64,000 nt of DNA from the human T2T-CHM13v2.0 reference genome, Homo sapiens. The notes beneath the pieces were generated by a model, which saw only the letters and a list, made by a program, of their open reading frames with translations, was not told the origin of the DNA and searched no databases. This document shows positions 53,049 to 64,000 of this stretch, piece by piece. Positions within the stretch are counted from its first letter, which is position 1; the number at the start of each line of letters is the position of its first letter. The stretch lies in NCBI RefSeq assembly GCF_009914755.1, contig NC_060927.1; one strand, given 5' to 3'. Both the position numbers and the translations under genes were made by a program.

Positions 53049-54000
53049 ACTGTGTGTATCTATCTATAATATACTATACATATAATATACTGTAAATCTA
53101 TAATATACTGTAAATCTATAATATACTGTAAATCTATAATATACTGTACATATACTGTATATCTATAATATACTGTACATATAATATACTGTATATCTAT
53201 AATATACTGTATATATTATATACTGTTTACATAATCTGTATACAGTATATACTGTATATATCTGGGCAGATGTCTGGGCATCCCATGGCCCATTCAAGTT
53301 GACACATGTAATTTACCATCACAGCAGAATTGCATTTCCTGACTTTATTGATGCTGGCTAGGGCCATGAAATTAGGTGGGATCATTATTGTAAGCCAAAG
53401 TAATGTATGCTGCTTTTGAGCTAAAGCATTTCATTGCTAGCCCAAGACCTACCAACATAGTTTATACTGCATACAGTACATACTGTGTATAGTATATACT
53501 GCATACAGTATATACTGTGTGTAGAGTATATACTGCATACAGTATATACTGTGTGTAGAGTATATACTGCATACAGTATATACTGTGTGTAGAGTATATA
53601 CTGCATACAGTATATACTGTGTGTAGAGTATATACTGTGTGTATAGTATATACTGTATACAGTATATACTGTGTGTATTGTATATACTGTGTATAGAATA
53701 TACTGTGTGTATTGTATATACTGTGTATATTGTATATACTGTGTATAGAATATACTGTGTGTATTATAGACTGTGTGTAGAATATACTGTGTATTATACA
53801 CTGTGTATATTATATACTGTACATATTATATACTGTGCATATTATATACTGTATATATTATATACTGTGTATATTATATACTGTATATATTATATACTGT
53901 GTATATTATATACTGTATATATTATATACTGTGTATATTATATACTGTATATATTATATACTGTGTATATTATATATATACTAATATACACACACACTAT
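53049..54000. repeat. TA-rich palindromic minisatellite (16-18-bp and 34-bp units)
   Basis: tataatatactgtaaatc units; agtatatactgcatacagtatatactgtgtgtag x4 from 53491; tattatatactgt(g/a)ta units. Confidence 0.97.
53266..53455 (-). repeat. Inverted copy of 52238-52427 (190 bp, 6 mismatches)
   Basis: Base-by-base reverse-complement match with no indels. Confidence 0.97.
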
Positions 54001-54297
54001 AAATGATTGTTTCTTTGGAGTACCCTGATTAATACACCTACCATGTGACTAAATGCAGAAACCAAAACTATTTGGTGAACTAGCATTAATAACAACTACA
54101 CAAACCAACAGGCCTTTACTACAACAGCAAAATTAGGAACTATGCGATGCTTAACAATTATTTTTCTCTGTAAAATATTTTTGGCTTCTACTTTCCCTAG
54201 GGGAATAATGTCACACATAAAATCTTTATTTTTGACCTGGAATAGTTACACTATCAAAGAACCTACAAACCTCTGCATGTGGAGGTAGGGGTCATAA

Positions 54298-54675
<378 letters not shown>

Positions 54676-56999
54676 TGAGAACAGTATTTAAATTATTTGT
54701 GTCTGCTCTTAGAACACTGACTTCATATGACACTATTAGTTTGGAGAACAAAAAAAGTATCTGGTCTTAGGAAAGCAAAGACAACAATTCTGCTTGGATG
54801 GACTACACCTTACTGTCTCAAACTCTGACAGCAGCCATAGTAACAAAAGAGAGTATTCACTATGTGCCAGACATTATGCTAGCTATGTTACATAATTAAA
54901 TTATGTAATCTTCATCACATCTGAATTTTATAAATAAAGAACTGTTAAATAGCCGCCTTGAGATCATAAGGCTAGAAGACGTCAGACATGGAGCTCAAAC
55001 CATATCTGTCTGACCATTCTGGAATCCCAGTCCATGTACTTAGTGGCTTTACAATACTGTTCTTCATTGTTGCCGTATGTTCTCCTTCTTGGCACTAAGA
55101 TGATAGTTCTGATTAAAGAGCAAATTTTCAAATCTTAGATATGCTGAAGACCTTTGAACTCTTTTTGAATAACTTATCTTGCAGATGAAACAGGAGGGCT
55201 ACATGGGGTTAAGGCTGTTGATTAAGGTCACAGAGGTAGCTATTTGCAGAATTAGCACAGACTTAAGCCTGCTAAGCAATGTGGCTGTTTAGATTTATAG
55301 GAGCAAAGGAAAAGATGATCAGTCTACAGCTTCCTGGTATATTTTCATTCATTTATTCCTACATTAATTCATTCAGCTGATATTGGAGAATATCCTACAT
55401 TTCCAGCCCTCAGTTGGGTCATAAGGACACCACTCTAATCCGGCATGGTCTCTACACTTACGGGCAGTTATTAATTGTGGCATAAATTTAGTTACTTATT
55501 CAAAACTTTGAGGTGTTTTCTCTCTTTTGAGCCTTTGAGACTTTAAAATAAATGCTACTTGGTGTTAGCACCTTTCTATCCTAAAATCACCTCACTTCTC
55601 CATGCTCAGAAGAGCACAAATTCTTCCTAGTAACCAGGAAGTGATAGAATTTATATTCTGTATCTGACCTAGTTACAATCCCTGACACTTCCTGTTTTCT
55701 CTAAAGGGTTGATTTATTGTTGCACAACAGATCTTTATACATTTCTTCAGTCACAAGATATGCACTGGTGGCTACTCATGCACTTGTTGTTTGAAGACAT
55801 TGGTTTCCAAATTCTTTTAATGCTGAACCATCTATCTTGAATGCTTGGATTAAACAAACATGATTCCTTTTTGCTATCAGATACCCCATTTATAAGGGTA
55901 ATTTCATGCCATTTACACAAGAAAAGCATGGCATGTGCTTTTCACATAAAGAATTATGTTTTGTTCTTAGTACTCTAGAGATTGTGAAAAATATACTCTA
56001 GTGCTTTGGAGGATTTTCCGCTGGAAATCATTGAATCTTAATCTACTTTCTAAAATTTGTCTTATTATTTTTGACGATATCCATTCAAAATAGGTTTCTG
56101 CCTGTTTTCTGCAAGGGAAAAAAACAAATAATTCTCCAAACTAATACACACACTATATATTATATATAATGTATACATTTTATGTTATGTAATATATACA
56201 TTATATATGTGCACAAATATGCAATATGTAAATATGTGTGTATATATACACATGAAAAACATAAAGGAAGGCAATTATTAACATTTAGTGTATTATTAAT
56301 CTCTTCCAGAGTTTTGGAACCATGCCTCAATTACATAAAATCATGTATGTGATATCTATTATAACACCTTACATCTATCTACATGGAGCATAATTTATTC
56401 TTCATAAATATTTAGTCATTTGAATTGAGAAGTGAAGCATACAACATAATGGATGCCATTGGTTTCCCACCTAGATTCTGCTTTTACAGCCAAGTGCACC
56501 CATTTAACAGCTACTGTGAATGGTGGCAACTAACAGCTGGCAGCTACGCCCTTCTCCAAAGACACTGCTTCAGTTGATAGAAACTACATCCAGAGCCCAC
56601 TGTGGACCAGGTCAAGCCTAGACTTAACTGAGACCACCTCCTGCTCATCTCCTTTATCTGCCCCATTCTTGCTCCCCTCACTCTTTTTGATAGCTTAGTC
56701 ATATTGGGAATACAAAGCTTTTACGTTTTTTCTTTAGGTTAGGTCTTAGAAGACAATAAATAATGTAGCTGAGTATGAGAGGACATATATTTTTTCCCCA
56801 GGTTCTTGGGGACAGAGAGCTTTGAGATTTGAGTAGAAAATGTGCTCAGTGGCTGAATATTGGAAAGGGCCACTCCAGTAGCATGATCAAATTTCTAAAT
56901 TGACCACAGTGATTGATCATATTTACAAAATTTATGATAATGTTTTTCTCCCCAGTTTTCTTGACTTCCTTCATTCTCTTTTCAGGTGCAAATGAGGCA

Positions 57000-57700
57000 T
57001 TCTTTAATAAAGGACAAATCATCCTTGCAGAAGTTTTCCAAATAATATATGTAGATATTTTCCCTTCCAGGAAGTGGAGATTAATTCTCCACTACGAGTT
57101 AGACCTGGTATCTCTTTTCCAAAGAATAGGTTATGAACAGGAAAAAAGAATAGCTTTACAATGATGAAACCTGACAAATAATACTTTGACCGAATGATCA
57201 AGGTTAACATACTCTGTGTAACTTAAATTGATATTATGTACCCCATGATGTAATGTCATGAGTTGGGCACTTCACCTCTCTGGCATTCTTCTTCGGAACC
57301 AATAACCCAGCCTAATCCTTTGAAGACACCAGACAAACCAAATTAAGGGACATTCTACCAAAAATCTAATATTCTTCAAAACTGTCAATATCAAGGAAAA
57401 CAAGAAAAGATTGGCAAACTGCCACAGATTAGAGAAGACTAAACATAATGCAGTATTCTGGATTGGAGCCTAGTACATAAAGAGCTCATTAGTGGAAAAG
57501 CTCCTGATATCCAAATACAGTTTGAGGTTAAATTGTAATAGTGTTGAGCCAATGTTAATTTCTTAATTTTGGCAAATGTTCTATACTTGCTATTATTCAA
57601 GATAACATTAGGGAAACTGGATGAAGGTTATTCAGAAAATTGCTCTACTATCTTTGCAACTTTCCTGAGAATCCAAAATTACTTTCAAATAAAAAGTTGT
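57000..57700 (+). mobile_element. L1MC4-type 3' region
   Basis: gaaacctgacaaataatactttgacc..atgatcaaggttaacat...ccaaattaagggacattctac...tactatctttgcaacttt. Confidence 0.85.
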
Positions 57701-59851
57701 ATTATATATAGAGAAACATTGCCTCAGTATAGATACTTTTATAGCTAAAAGTCAATAATTGAATGAAAAAAGCAGAACTAATGCAATGGATTAATCTTAT
57801 TTTGGCTTTTGATATAGAAACACCAACATGAGGACTACTGCATAAATTTGGAAAAAAATTAATCATTCAAATCTTTCAAATCATTTAATCCTCCAAGATA
57901 AATTTTGAGATCGTACTATGTGCTAGACACTGGAAATAAACAGCCATTTACCTACATTATATAATATGTGCTCTAGAGACTGGCTGTTGGAGCCCAATCC
58001 TTCTGTGCCTCAGTTTATTTAACTGTAAAATGGGGGTAATAAGAATGATAGTTTATAGAGTTGTGGAGATTAATTGAGACAATGATCATACAGCAGGAGA
58101 TATAGAACTATGAGCCGTATGTTACGTACTATATTATTATTATTACAAGCATCAGATACATGAATCTGGTATTATCAGCACTATCATCATTAACTACCCC
58201 TCCTTTGCTTTAGTTCTGTCAACTTTCTATGTTATAACATATATACATATATATATGTTTATATATATATGCTTGCCTTCTTCTAATATACAAATCAGTA
58301 AACAGCATGAACATAATTTAACAGAATTTGAATCATTAAGAAGGGCAACATATTTTGAATCTTTAAATGGTACCATTTAAAGTTCCATTGTAGTCATTTA
58401 TAATACTAGTTCGGAGCTTTTTATTATGACCATTTCAGAAACAAATTGAGGCCATGTATGGAAACTACATTTTAGAAATATATTAAAATGGATGAATAAA
58501 TTAAGTTAGGAGATTATACAAACAGATAACATTTATGCTAAGGAGCTAAAATCATACTGGCACACAATCGAAGCCAGCTCCCTTTTTCTGGCTGCAATAC
58601 AGAAAGGACCGTTTTCCCAGTCTTGTTTCTTGCATTTCACCCTTTACAGCCAGAACCAGATAAAACTACTTTGGGCCATTTGTTTACTGACATTAAAGTG
58701 GATTTATGGAGACCGAAAGTCTTTCTATTGTCCCTTCTGGGCTGAATCAAATTTATTTAAATGGTAATTCACTCACATATTTCTAATCCCCTTTGAATGC
58801 TTCCTTTGTTTATAATAACCACAGATATTAAGGATTTAGAAAATCAGTTCACAAATATTATTGAACATATTGAGTAATAAAAGCCTCATTCTGATACTTA
58901 GTAAATTAGACATTCCTGAAGAAAATGGAATATTTCCATTTTCAAACTAAAGATTTACTATATTAGACAAAGGATTTAAACATAATCTTATATGTAAAAT
59001 TAATCACTAATTCTGGGATATAGTTAATAACTACTCTTGGAAAATAGAGTCTATTATCATAACTTCCCAAAAGTCATTTCCGTTGTGTTATCCCAACCAC
59101 TGCCTTTTTTTTTAGTTAAAAATTTTCCACTGGCAATACTTATTTTTTTCTTTTCATTTGGGTCTTTTAGCTCTGGTCTTATTAGTTTATTAACATATCT
59201 CTTATTTTTAAGGATACTTTTAAAATAAAATTATTGGATTTAGTTTGACAACTGTGTCTATTCGTTTGGCTTATAAACTTGACAGATTTGTAAATGCCTC
59301 CAACTTCCTCTCTGTTTTAAGACATATTCTTACCAATAATACTTTCTGTAGGTTGTGTATGCCTGTGCTTCATAGTGAAACCTATAAAACTATGGTGCAA
59401 CATCAACACCAGTTTATAGATACATATTTTCATTGTTCTCCTAACCAACTATTGTCAGGAATACTAAGTTGACACAACAACATTGCCAGAAAAAGTGGAA
59501 AATATACAGCACTAGATGTGCACTCGGCACATTTTTCTACATTTATCAAAATATGTTCATAGGGACCTAATTTTTTGTTTAGTTTGGTTAATAATGTTAT
59601 GATCTAACACTGATGAAAATTCAGACATTCTCTGACTAGATATAAAAGCAAGCTCCAAGTATATGCTATTTTTTATGAAACAGACTTAAAATATAACAAA
59701 ACAGAAGACTTGAACAACACTATTTATCAATATCATGGATCAATACTAAAGGCATTATGCTGCATACGAGGAGCCAGACTTCCCAATCATATATGAATGA
59801 TTCCATTTATAAGAAGCCAAGGACAGGTTATTATAAATTTATAAATTAATT

Positions 59852-59883
<32 letters not shown>

Positions 59884-59889
59884 CCTAAT

Positions 59890-60050
59890 GTATTCCTTAC
59901 ATCAGGGCTACCTCAAGTGCTTGTTGATTTCCCAGGCCACATCCTAGGTCTTTTAAATTAGAATATTTTGGAAAGAGAGCCCCCAGATCTGTATTTAACA
60001 CTTTTCTCAGGTGACTCTTAAATAATCTGAAGTGTGCAAATCATTGGCCT
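59890..60050. mobile_element. MER5B-like MITE
   Basis: gatttcccaggccacatcctag..aattagaat..atctgtatttaaca..ctcaggtgactct. Confidence 0.6.
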
Positions 60051-61457
60051 GCAAGATATTAAGAAAGAAGGAGTGCCACATAGTAGATAGACAAATATGG
60101 GTACAGAGAGGCAAGGTGATTTTTCCAAGGTCTTGCAGTAAATGAGTTGCAATGACAGGTGTCCTGACTCCCAATCTATGGCCATTCCCATTATATTACA
60201 GGTGATTCTTAGTTTAGATACGGGGGTGAATTAAATGGATCTGTGGAATACATTGTGACACTTGCATCACAAGTGACCCTGAGCCATTTCCACTTTCACT
60301 CTGAATTCCAGGAGTAATCTCCCTATCTCTCTTTGCCAGGATTATGTAACACATCACATTCAGAATCATGTAGAAAAGTTGATATGAGACTTATCAGAAG
60401 GAAACAGATTGCTGTAGAGAGTAGAAGAAGGCAAAGATGGTGGAGACAAGAAACAGAAGAGGAGAGAAAATAGAAAGACTCTAGTTTATGGCAAAAATAG
60501 GAAACAAACATCTTTTAATTTTTAGAAAGTGATTAGTATCAGGTAATAGTGGATTCATGGGCATACACCTATTCATACCTTCATTAAACTAAAAGTTGAG
60601 AACAATAATGTTAAAGCTACAGAACTGTGGAATAATCATAATATACTGATTTTGATTCTGATAGTATTACTTTTTTATTATGTTTCTTTTCCCGAATTTT
60701 GTTATTGGCTGCTAGTCTAAATTTAGCTCTTTTCTGCTAATTGCTATTGCAAATATTCATTTACATATTGAACAACAATTTTTATCATCTCTTTAACCTG
60801 TAATTTCAGACACAAATTAAAGACAAAACTTTGGTTATTTCTCTGAGCAAGCTGAAGTCTATGAAGAATAGGTATAATTCCTTGAATTTGATAATTTCCA
60901 TTCATTGAATCCATTGAATTTATAAAAAAATGAAGACTGCTTTTTACCAATGCATTCAAAGTAAACATTGCTGAAATCCACAATTCACATATAACTCTTG
61001 GAATTCTTTAAAAGATGAATAGTTTAAAATAGGTAACTGAGGGATAACCAGTTGATTGTTTTTAAAGGAGGGGGAAGTTTGCAACATATATGAACAGAAG
61101 TGCAAATTTGAAGATTTTCAAATCTTAACATTAATACTGACAATCAAATCAACTCCCAAAAACCAGAAACAAACAATAGAGTGCTCCACAATTTATAAAA
61201 TTCCTTCACAGATATTATTTAAAATCATCTTAACAAAAACCATGAGATATGAGGGAGAGGTCTGAAACCACATTGTATTGTTAAGGTTATGGAGGCTTGG
61301 GTTGCCCTGATGGGGGTCAGCAATGTTAGGGCTTTCAGGTACTTAGTGGTTATTAATTATATTCCTTATATAATAGCTGAGGAGATTAAGGATTAAGGAA
61401 GAGAAATGATTTGCAGAAGGACACAAAGTCCAGAAGTCCTCGAGCTAGGATTGGAAC

Positions 61458-61955
61458 TGTCAGAAGTAAAGCTTGGAGTTGCAAAGAAAATGAGCACTTA
61501 AACAAAGGATTTCTCAGCAAGGCAAAAGTTATTTCTGCAAAAGGGTGCTGCTCACAAGTTTGGTCACCATAAGAGCACACTGAATGAAGGAGGGAAGGGG
61601 TTTTTATCCCTAATGCGGCTTGTCCCTGCTACTGTGTCTTACCTCCACTGGCTGGAGTTGGACCACAAAATCTAAGCTGAACCTGATTGGTTAACTTGAA
61701 TGGTGCAGGAATGTGGTTACACTGGCAGATAGGGCAGTTTTGTTGGGAAGAGCCGTTATGACAGGAGGGGTAATTTACAGAGTGGGTAGCAGATATGGGC
61801 CGTGTAGATAAGGATGGGCAGGAAAGGTGTTTCTGAAACTGAAACAGGGAGGCACAAAGGATAAGGAAGTTAGTTTGGCCTTCAAAGTAGGGAACAAAGA
61901 ACAAGGACGCTGAACAAGCCAAACCTTTGAAGAGGAACTTCTTTTGTACCTGACT
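61458..61955 (-). mobile_element. ERV1 solo LTR (LTR10-like)
   Basis: tgtcag / ctgact inverted termini with TSD GAAC; aaacaaaggatttctcagcaaggcaaa..tttctgca.aagggtgc motifs. Confidence 0.75.
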
Positions 61956-63779
61956 GAACCAGGTGTTGCTAGCTGGTCATGGTCACATTCCAAAGGACTA
62001 TGTTGGATTTGACTGATCACAACAATCACATCGAGAGGATCAGTGTCTGATCATTCCATTTTGCGTCTTATGGGTACAGCCACAGAATTAGACTCATATT
62101 TTTTAAAATTCAATTTTACCCAATTTTTCATCCCTGGTTCTCTTGTCTGACTGGCTTTTTGCTTTGTCTTTGATTAATGTGTCACAGAGAGGTGACTGAG
62201 ACCATAAAGTTGCTGATAGTAGCATAGATAAGAACGGCAGCACATTCTGGGATTTAGGAAATGTGGGCATTTTTCTCCTTTCTGCCATTAATTGGCTCTA
62301 TGAACAGGAATGAGCCTCTACATTAAGGAACAATTTGTAATCTGTGTTATTTCCTTCGTATGATAGAAATTAAAAGAAACCATATGTTAATAGAGTATAT
62401 AAAAATAAAAATGCCCTACATGTGCAATTTGTTTCTGTAAAATTCCACTTCTATTAGTTAGACAATAAGTAACTAAAATGAGAGTCAAATAACCTTTCTT
62501 AGGTGCATGTTGGTATATAAATATATTCTTCATTACCATCACAGAAACCAGGTTTGGAAAGAGCTTTAAATTATTTCAGTCCAACCACCATACTGTTGCT
62601 TAGATACATTCAACAAAAATGGGTATTACATAACCAATGAAGATATTTGACCTTATATCCAGTCATAGTATTCTCAGGTGAGAGTATTTAATTATTATGC
62701 ATAGTATGGTACATTAAGATAGAAGTTTTGGAATCATGGGAAATCGGAATATATGTGCAGTGAAGTTGTAGCTTACTTGAGGATTAGGTTGGAAAGTCAG
62801 TGCTAAATTGCTTGTACTGTCTTTGACCAGTGCTCCCAAGATTTAACAGCCATAAAGTAACTTGTTTTGTTTCCCTGCATTTATGCTGTGAGTTACTGGG
62901 GGTAAGATTTAACTTGGGGATGGGGGTTGAAGGTGATGAATTCTAGGTGGAAAATACAGAAATGGTTCCCCCATTTTGCTGGCTTCATCAAGTATAATTT
63001 GCTTATGTTAAATGTGTGTATTCTGGGACTCAATTGTACCTGCATTAATTTCTAATGCTATTAAAAAATACTAATTGTATCACCACAATCTGTTGCTCTC
63101 AGCCTCAGTAAGCACACTTGTCCATGTTTGCACACCCGCTCTGCCTCTCTGAGTTTTCTTTTATCCTGATCATTTTTGTAAGGCTTCAGCAAGTTCATTT
63201 TAATGTAGCATGACTGAACATTTTAACATCATGAACTTTGTCTTGCAGTTCTTCCAAATTAGTACTAGCTCTCTTTCCTTCTTTCTTGGTTCCCATTCAC
63301 CTTTAATTCTCAAGTCATGGTAGGGGTCATAGCACTGATGATGGGTATGTAAAGTCAGAGGACAGTTGGAAGAAGGAAACCAGTCAGCTTTCTTACATAG
63401 TGACAAAGCCTGGAGGTCTGCATAGTGATTTGGTATTTGTGGGAGGATCAAGTACTCTGAGCTGTGGTGCCATGCTTTATCATGCTTTCTAATTCATTTC
63501 CTGTTTACCTGCTACAAAATTCTGCCAGACTTCGATTTTAGCAGGCAAAAGTAATTCATTTCATGGATACCTTCATAAACTTTGGTAATTTCCAGATAAG
63601 AAGTCAAACCTTCAAGTTATTCATATACATAAACATGTATTAGTTTACATGCATATATACACACACACATGCATTATCATGAAGATTTTTATGTTCTTAT
63701 CTCCCGAAGTCAGCATTTGCTAGCTTACACTCTGTTAGCCATTGACTTTTGTGCTTCTCTTACAATAGTTATCAAGATG

Positions 63780-63995
63780 CCCCTGGAGTCTGAGTGTCTG
63801 AATTCATGTCCCAGTACTGCTGCTATTCCCTAGCTATGTGAGTGGGGGCTAATTATATAACCTTTCTGAAACTTCAGTCTTCCCATCTGTGAAATGGAGA
63901 TGACAGTCACATTGATCTCATAGGATTGTTGGGGGTGTCAAATGCTTAACACAGAACTGGCATTGTATAAACAATCATTAAATATGAGCTCTTTT
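63780..63995 (+). mobile_element. MIR
   Basis: ctggagtctgag..tctgaattc..tagctatgtg..aacctttctgaaacttcagt..ccatctgtgaaatggaga..cataggattgtt. Many other MIR fragments occur, e.g. near 22.9, 33.3, 34.4, 50.0, 54.9 and 58.0 kb. Confidence 0.85.
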
Positions 63996-64000
63996 TACTC

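Larger units (their letters stand above)
52370..54036 (+). mobile_element. MLT2 (ERVL) LTR split by ~1.26 kb of inserted sequence
   Basis: The 5' part runs tgtgatggtaaattacatgtgtcaacttg...ctattgg (to ~52743). The 3' terminus tgtttctttggagtaccctgattaataca resumes at ~54008-54036. Confidence 0.9.

Noticed and set aside
53049-54000. CRISPR-like array (repeats with captured unique inserts)
   Set aside because: The units are contiguous low-complexity tandem repeats without regular spacers. There are no cas genes, the context is eukaryotic, and the inserts are local chromosomal copies.
53421-54028. 126-129 aa Y/I/T/C-rich ORFs
   Set aside because: They are translations of the minisatellite.
56945-56990. 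Strong plus-strand splice acceptor
   Set aside because: It leads directly into an L1MC relic with no convincing donor, and such tracts are common by chance.

Overview
This is primate, almost certainly human, genomic DNA: AT-rich, CpG-depleted, with about 19 Alus plus MIR/L2/L1 relics, MaLR and ERV solo LTRs, and hAT/Tigger MITEs. I can support no protein-coding exon, tRNA, rRNA or CRISPR array. A CpG island at ~8.25-9.05 kb is the promoter of a minus-strand gene. Its ATG-free first exon ends at a CAG|GTAAGT donor (8411) and carries a (GGC)3GGT(GGC)8 repeat; a second candidate first exon ends at 7530. Bases 1-7.5 kb are therefore intron 1, and 9-64 kb is upstream/intergenic sequence with candidate lncRNA exons. 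The architecture fits my recollection of the HIVEP2 5' end, with a divergent transcript and an upstream lincRNA, but this is unverified and needs BLAT. The most notable structures are: (1) an MLT2 LTR split by a palindromic TA-rich minisatellite containing two locally templated copies, one direct (~310 bp, ~90% identical) and one inverted (190 bp, 6 mismatches); (2) two diverged in-frame copies of an ancient L1-ORF1-like relic at 25.4-26.0 and 27.6-28.1 kb; (3) a 5'UTR GGC repeat with an open near-cognate polyglycine frame; (4) a perfect 43-bp-arm hairpin at an LTR truncation; (5) a probable AmnSINE1 about 3.4 kb upstream of the promoter. Repeat subfamily calls are by-eye matches to remembered consensus sequences, and boundaries without a target-site duplication (TSD) are approximate. 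I found no convincing new multi-gene system.
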